DNA of 10,507 nucleotides from a virus: UHGV virus genome UHGV-1707683; one strand, 5' to 3'. Shown piece by piece: positions 5,788 to 10,507 of this stretch (position 1 is its first letter; each line of letters starts with the position of its first letter). The notes under the pieces were generated by a model. It saw only the letters and a program-made list of their open reading frames with translations, ran no database searches and was not told where the DNA came from. The position numbers and the translations under genes were made by a program.

Positions 5788-5992
5788 GGCATAAACAACA
5801 GAATAAACACTGCACTGTGTATTCATTCCAACGAGTGAATACACGGAGCAATGTCGCTCGTAACTAAACAGGAGCCGACTTGTTCTGATTATTGGAAATC
5901 TTCTTTGCCCTCCAGTGTGAGGGCTTTTTTATATGCATACCAATAACGCTTCACTCGAGGCGTTTTCGTTATGTATAAATAAGGAGCACACC

Positions 5993-6133
5993 ATGCAATA
6001 TGCCATTGCAGGGTGGCCTGTTGCTGGCTGCCCTTCCGAATCTTTACTTGAACGAATCACCCGTAAATTACGTGACGGATGGAAACGCCTTATCGACATA
6101 CTTAATCAGCCAGGAGTTCCCAAAAATGGATAA
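5993..6133 (+). CDS. Hypothetical small protein (46 aa)
   Basis: AAGGAG 5981..5986, ATG 5993; MQYAIAGWPVAGCPSESLLERITRKLRDGWKRLIDILNQPGVPKNG. Preferred over the track's upstream start at 5933, which lacks an SD. Confidence 0.4.
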   Translation: MQYAIAGWPVAGCPSESLLERITRKLRDGWKRLIDILNQPGVPKNG

Positions 6134-6239
6134 AACACTTATGGCTATCCAGACTAAATTCACTATCGCCACTTTTATTGGTGATGAAAAGATGTTTCGT
6201 GAGGCCGTCGAAGCCTACAGGAAATGGAGGTCAAAATGA
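6126..6239 (+). CDS. Hypothetical small protein (37 aa; could extend to the 79-aa form starting 6000)
   Basis: ATG 6126 with AGGAG at 6111..6115; overlaps the previous stop by 8 nt. Frame shared with track ORF 6000..6239; the true start is ambiguous. Confidence 0.3.
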   Translation: MDKTLMAIQTKFTIATFIGDEKMFREAVEAYRKWRSK

Positions 6240-6424
6240 TTCCGGTAGAACTGGCGAAAACTCCAGAGTTAAGTCGATTAAAAAGAGAATATCACATTGC
6301 TGAGGCTCGTTACTGGCGTAAAGCGGGAGATAAATCAAAGAAACAACTTTGCTTATGGCAGGCGCAAAGAGAGCGCATGAATGAGCGCGAGTTTCTTTCC
6401 TCCTCATCCGAATTACCATTCTGA
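6236..6424 (+). CDS. Hypothetical small basic protein (62 aa)
   Basis: GGAGG 6226..6230, ATG 6236; MIPVELAKTPELSRLKREYHIAEARYWRKAGDKSKKQLCLWQAQRERMNEREFLSSSSELPF. Confidence 0.45.
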   Translation: MIPVELAKTPELSRLKREYHIAEARYWRKAGDKSKKQLCLWQAQRERMNEREFLSSSSELPF

Positions 6425-6432
6425 GGTGAATT

Positions 6433-7113
6433 ATGGGAACTGCAACATTAATACTCGGTGAATCTGGCACCGGAAAATCAACCAGCATGAGAAATATCAA
6501 TCCAGAGGAAGCAATACTTATAAAACCAATAGGCAAGCCGCTACCATTTAAATCAAAAGAATGGCTGGCATGGGATGCCAGAGCAAAAAAAGGAACCGTA
6601 GTTACCACTGACAAATGGGACGTAATAGTTGCCGTAATTAAGCGTGCTCACGAATACGGGAAAAGAATCGTTATTGTTGATGACTTCCAGTATGTGATGA
6701 GCAATGAGTTTATGCGCCGCTCAGAAGAAAAATCGTTTGATAAATTCACTGAGATAGGCCGCCACGCATGGGAGGTGATTAAGGCTGCACAGGATGCACC
6801 TGATGACCTGAGAGTCTATTTTCTTGCACACACCGAAGAAACCCCTATGGGGCGTGTGAAAATGAAAACTATCGGCAAAATGCTGGACGAGAAAATCACT
6901 GTCGAAGGCATGTTTACTATAGTTCTTCGCACCCTTACCCGTGATGACCAGTTCTTTTTCACTACAAAAAACAACGGTGCAGACACTGTTAAATCCCCAA
7001 TGGGAATGTTTGATTCCAATGAGATTGATAACGATCTCTCTTTCGTCGATGCCACTGTTTGTGATTACTACGGCATCAATAATGTTCATCAAATTAAGGA
7101 AAACGCCGCATGA
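6433..7113 (+). CDS. P-loop ATPase, Sak4-like (AAA_24-type RecA-like recombination protein)
   Basis: 226 aa; Walker A GESGTGKST near the N-terminus, Walker B IVIVDD. Size and motif layout fit Sak4-type phage recombinases as I recall them, e.g. in lambdoid phage HK620. Sits in the PL operon where lambdoid phages carry recombination modules. Confidence 0.6.
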   Translation: MGTATLILGESGTGKSTSMRNINPEEAILIKPIGKPLPFKSKEWLAWDARAKKGTVVTTDKWDVIVAVIKRAHEYGKRIVIVDDFQYVMSNEFMRRSEEKSFDKFTEIGRHAWEVIKAAQDAPDDLRVYFLAHTEETPMGRVKMKTIGKMLDEKITVEGMFTIVLRTLTRDDQFFFTTKNNGADTVKSPMGMFDSNEIDNDLSFVDATVCDYYGINNVHQIKENAA

Positions 7114-7697
7114 GCAACGTGATTTTTACTTATAACGAAGAAGCAGCACTGACCGCAGGGCAAGGTGGTTTTATTAACGAAACTGGCGCTCATATCATTA
7201 CCATTACTGAAGCAGAACTAAAGCAATCAGAAAAAGGAGCCAAATTTATTGAGTTTTCTGGCGAATCCGACGACGGACGTAAAATCCAGTATCTTAGCGT
7301 TTGTGTTCAGAAAAATGACGGAACGGAAAACAAGTTTGGTGCAAATGTCGTTCATGCCATGATGGGGTGTGTTGGGATTAAGCAGTTAACGCAACATATG
7401 GTTTCCGCCAGTAAATTTGTTGCACCTGAATTTCATGGAAAGAAAATCGGGTTAGTGCTCCAGAAAGTATTAACCACAAACAAAAGGACTGGTGCAGACA
7501 GCTATCAGATGGAAATACGCATCCCGTTTATTGCACAAACAGGTCAAACCCTTAAAGAAAAGGCAGAAGGCAAGCAACCAGAAACTATCACCAACATGGT
7601 TGCCCATCTCAAAGATAAAGACAATCGCTCTAAAAACGTAAGCCAGAATCATGCAGATGATTATGGTTACAGCCAGAACGATTACCCTTCTTTCTGA
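7110..7697 (+). CDS. Putative phage ssDNA-binding partner protein (non-canonical, SSB-like acidic C-terminal tail)
   Basis: 195 aa; ATG overlaps the upstream stop (ATGA, translational coupling with the ATPase). C-terminus DDYGYSQNDYPSF is acidic and ends in an aromatic residue, like the partner-binding tail of SSB. The N-terminal part does not resemble the canonical E. coli SSB start. Confidence 0.4.
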   Translation: MSNVIFTYNEEAALTAGQGGFINETGAHIITITEAELKQSEKGAKFIEFSGESDDGRKIQYLSVCVQKNDGTENKFGANVVHAMMGCVGIKQLTQHMVSASKFVAPEFHGKKIGLVLQKVLTTNKRTGADSYQMEIRIPFIAQTGQTLKEKAEGKQPETITNMVAHLKDKDNRSKNVSQNHADDYGYSQNDYPSF

Positions 7698-7720
7698 TTA
7701 CTGAAAATAAGGCTCCCATT

Positions 7721-8017
7721 ATGCCAGCGCCTCTGTATGGTGCGGATGACCCGCGCAACTGCTCCGGTAGCTCCAAGGCGGAGGTGCTGGAAAATATCAA
7801 AAACAATTTCGACGCGTTTCTTGCTCTGACACCAGAAACAAAAGCAGAACGGATGTACCGACGCGATATACAACTCGCAGAAAAACAGGAAAAAGACCGA
7901 ATAAACGAAACATCAATCCGACCATTCCGCAAAGCCACATATACCAACTTCCCTGAATATATCGACCCGCGCCTGCGTAATTACCGCTCACGCTATGGCG
8001 CTATCAGTAATGACTGA
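7721..8017 (+). CDS. Hypothetical protein (98 aa)
   Basis: ORF in the co-directional early operon; no motif recognised. Confidence 0.45.
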   Translation: MPAPLYGADDPRNCSGSSKAEVLENIKNNFDAFLALTPETKAERMYRRDIQLAEKQEKDRINETSIRPFRKATYTNFPEYIDPRLRNYRSRYGAISND

Positions 8018-8027
8018 GGAATTTACC

Positions 8028-8192
8028 ATGAGAGGACTTGCATACAATCCCGGCATTCTTCCGGCAGAAATGATTATTCGCCAACGCGTAAAGCCAATGC
8101 CATCGAGAGAGGAATTGCTTAAGAGAAATTCTTTTCCATCAGTAAATCAAAACAAATATCTGAATGCGATGTTGCGGAGTGGGAAGAAATGA
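8028..8192 (+). CDS. Hypothetical small protein (54 aa)
   Basis: GAGGA 8016..8020, ATG 8028 (RBS-supported start within track ORF 7995..8192); stop overlaps the next start. Confidence 0.35.
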   Translation: MRGLAYNPGILPAEMIIRQRVKPMPSREELLKRNSFPSVNQNKYLNAMLRSGKK

Positions 8193-8674
8193 AACAAATG
8201 TCACTAATTGAGATGGATGGATTTCTGAAAGGTAAATGCATCCCCCGAGATTTAAAGGTTAACGAAACAAACGCTGAATATCTTGTCCGTAAGTTCGGTG
8301 AACTTGAATCAAAACTAGAAACGGCGTTGCGGGAGTGTCGTTCTTCTGGAATCACGATTGATAACCTTGAGGCCAAGTGCGCGGCGCTGGCAGCGGAGAG
8401 TGCGGGGATGAAGAAGTTCTGCAAAGACGCTGCATTCGATGCCGATTACGAAGCAGAGCTAGGTATGGAGCGTGGTGGATTCAGTGATGCGCTTAACGAA
8501 ATCAAAACCCCAGCCACCGATGCTTTCCTGGCTGAAATTGAACGCAAAGCAATCCGCAAGTTTATTAACAGCATTGAACACATCCTGCGTGACAAGCTGT
8601 CACCGTATGACACCGAAGAGATGCTTGAGGCTATGCGTATTTTTCTGGAAGAACAGGGAGTTGAGCAAAAATGA
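8189..8674 (+). CDS. Hypothetical protein (161 aa)
   Basis: ATG 8189 overlapping the previous stop (ATGA); predicted helical; no motif recognised. Confidence 0.5.
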   Translation: MKQMSLIEMDGFLKGKCIPRDLKVNETNAEYLVRKFGELESKLETALRECRSSGITIDNLEAKCAALAAESAGMKKFCKDAAFDADYEAELGMERGGFSDALNEIKTPATDAFLAEIERKAIRKFINSIEHILRDKLSPYDTEEMLEAMRIFLEEQGVEQK

Positions 8675-8976
8675 CGATCACAAAACAACGGGTAGAAGAA
8701 ATCATATCCCGCATTGAAATGTATGGGCATGGTGCCGGGTATACCGCTGATGAGGTTTATGACCTGGCTGTACTGGCGCTGAATTTATCAAATATCGCAA
8801 ACCTGAAGCGATACGAGCTTGATATGGATGGTTGCGACTCGTGCGGTCAGGATTGTGGCGCAGATATGACTGAAGATCCTGATGGTGATTATGTCCTGTT
8901 TGATGACGTGGTTAAGTTGTTTGAGCTTGATACATTCGAAAGCCCAGCAAAGGAGGCAACCAGTGAGCGAGATTAA
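8671..8976 (+). CDS. Hypothetical acidic protein (101 aa)
   Basis: ATG 8671 overlaps the previous stop (ATGA); contains a Cys/Asp-rich stretch DMDGCDSCGQDCGADMTEDPDGD. Confidence 0.45.
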   Translation: MTITKQRVEEIISRIEMYGHGAGYTADEVYDLAVLALNLSNIANLKRYELDMDGCDSCGQDCGADMTEDPDGDYVLFDDVVKLFELDTFESPAKEATSERD

Positions 8977-9745
8977 TTATCAGACACTGCGTGAAAAGGC
9001 AGAGAAAGCAACTAAAGGAAGCTACATCGTAGGGCATACATCTGTTAACCAGCACGGCAATTTAACAGGAGTTTTTGTTTGTCAAAAATGGAAAGGAGAA
9101 CCCGGTGGCGTGATTGCAGAATGTCATGTTAACTGCCTGGTTGAAACAGATGCTCAGGCTTATGCAAACGCTGAGTTCATAGCAGAGGCCAATCCGACTG
9201 CTGTCTTGGCACTGCTGGATGAACGGGAAAGAAACCAGCAATACATCAAACGCCGCGACCAGGAGAACGAGGATATTGCGTTAACGGTAGGGAAGCTGCG
9301 CGTTGAGCTTGAGGAGACAAAATCAAAACTCAACGAGCAGCGTGAGTATTACGAAGGTGTTATCTCGGATGGGAGTAAGCGTATTGCTGAACTGGAGAAA
9401 ATCGCCACTGACTATGCACTGAAATTTCAGAAAGCCCAGGACGCATTAAAGTACGCTGTTTTGCTGCGCAAATCAGGGCAGGAAGCACGGGAAATAAAAC
9501 CAGCCAAAGGCGAAGTTCTTGTCGTTGTATCTGGTTTTACTGGTTGCGGAAAAAGCGCCATCGCCGGGGAAATAGAAATCGCGATGAAGTCTATTGGTGT
9601 ACCGGTTAAGTGGACTAATGGCGATGCGGAAAAGCGCATGACAGGAGCTGACTGGCTGACAGCGATTGAGATGTACAAACCAACAGTGCGCATCGTGGAA
9701 GTTAATGTGCCACGCGCTGCTGGCATTCGCATCAAAGGAGAGTGA
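8963..9745 (+). CDS. Ea22-like coiled-coil protein (tentative), with C-terminal P-loop-like motif
   Basis: AGGAGG 8951..8956 then GTG 8963 (preferred over the track's ATG 8882, which would overlap the upstream gene by 95 nt). The N-terminus (SEINYQTLREKAEKATKG ... ANPTAVLALLDERER) and a central coiled-coil resemble the ead/Ea22-like prophage family as I recall it (low certainty). GFTGCGKS near the C-terminus. Confidence 0.45.
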   Translation: MSEINYQTLREKAEKATKGSYIVGHTSVNQHGNLTGVFVCQKWKGEPGGVIAECHVNCLVETDAQAYANAEFIAEANPTAVLALLDERERNQQYIKRRDQENEDIALTVGKLRVELEETKSKLNEQREYYEGVISDGSKRIAELEKIATDYALKFQKAQDALKYAVLLRKSGQEAREIKPAKGEVLVVVSGFTGCGKSAIAGEIEIAMKSIGVPVKWTNGDAEKRMTGADWLTAIEMYKPTVRIVEVNVPRAAGIRIKGE

Positions 9746-9746
9746 G

Positions 9747-10314
9747 ATGACCACTATTACCAATAAGAAACAGTATCCCAGCGAGCAATATCTTAATGAG
9801 CTGATCACCAACATAGAGTTTGCTGCAAGGGCACCAGTTGAAGTCGTGAGAGCAATGGCAGCAGAGCTACAGAAGCGGCGCGAAGCTGATAGTGCCGAAC
9901 CTGCAAGTAATCATGAAGAGTTGCCGCTTGATTATCTCCAAGGTCAAAAAGATGGTCTTGAATGGGCTGCGCAGCTTGCAGAAGCAAATCACCCACAAAC
10001 TGGCGACTGGCTTTACGATGACCCGCTGGAGCTGGCTAAAGCTATCAGAAAAGGTCCTGACATGCCCGAATTCGATGGACCAACTCCGGTAACTCCGGAT
10101 GGTTGGATAAGCTGTAGTGAGCGAATGCCGAAAAAGAATCAGAACGTACTTATTTCGGTGAATTTCGATAGTGATCTGGTTGAGCCGCTAATATGCTCCG
10201 CACGCTATACCGGAAGCACCTTTCGGCGCGGAGATGTAACGATTAAGCCGGGTAATGGTATTGAGCAAGCAACTCACTGGATGCCGCTACCAGAACCGCC
10301 TCAGGAGGTTAACC

Positions 10315-10322
<8 letters not shown>
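9747..10322 (+). CDS. DUF551-like prophage protein (191 aa)
   Basis: AGGAG 9736..9740 then ATG 9747, two nt after the previous stop. C-terminal segment WISCSERMPKKNQNVL ... ATHWMPLPEPP matches the conserved end of DUF551-domain proteins common in enterobacterial prophages (recollection). Confidence 0.6.
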
Positions 10323-10506
<184 letters not shown>

Positions 10507-10507
10507 A

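Noticed and set aside
5409-5810. 133-aa minus-strand ORF antisense to the 207-aa gene
   Set aside because: Antisense within a co-directional operon gene and spanning the terminator; no RBS. Likely spurious.
6231-7092. Minus-strand ORFs 6231..6614, 6721..7092 and 6816..7055 antisense to the small-ORF cluster and Sak4-like gene
   Set aside because: They are embedded antisense in plus-strand genes that have Walker motifs and good RBSs; no independent support.
7470-8730. Minus-strand ORFs (7470..7652, 7630..7947, 7682..7873, 7797..7991, 8119..8424, 8446..8730) and plus alternative-frame ORF 8472..8717
   Set aside because: All overlap better-supported co-directional plus-strand genes in other frames or antisense; none has a convincing start context.
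8882-8962. Upstream ATG start (8882) for the Ea22-like protein
   Set aside because: It would overlap the preceding gene by 95 nt; a GTG at 8963 with a perfect AGGAGG SD gives a conventional 14-nt overlap.

Overview
This window is the immunity/early-regulatory region of a lambdoid prophage (Enterobacteriaceae-type), inverted relative to the conventional lambda map. Reading left to right: the N-terminal part of a lambda-O-like replication initiator with iteron-like repeats (minus strand, runs off the window start), a 48-aa ORF, a cII homolog, a nutR-like hairpin, a YdaS/Cro-like regulator, a divergent operator region, then on the plus strand a cI-type repressor (HTH + LexA-like S24 domain). Next comes an AT-rich accessory cassette (113-aa ORF, 153-aa ORF, eukaryotic-like protein kinase, 54-aa ORF) closed by an intrinsic terminator, then OL/PL with a nutL hairpin, an N antiterminator, a 207-aa protein with its own terminator, three small ORFs, a Sak4-like ATPase coupled to an SSB-like protein, and several accessory ORFs including Ea22-like and DUF551-like proteins. 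The most interesting element is the kinase cassette in the position lambda uses for rexAB: it is a candidate prophage-encoded exclusion/abortive-infection module, reminiscent of the Stk kinase reported for Stx phage 933W. All family assignments rest on motifs and recalled sequences, not on database searches. No tRNA, rRNA, CRISPR array, IS element or integrase was seen.
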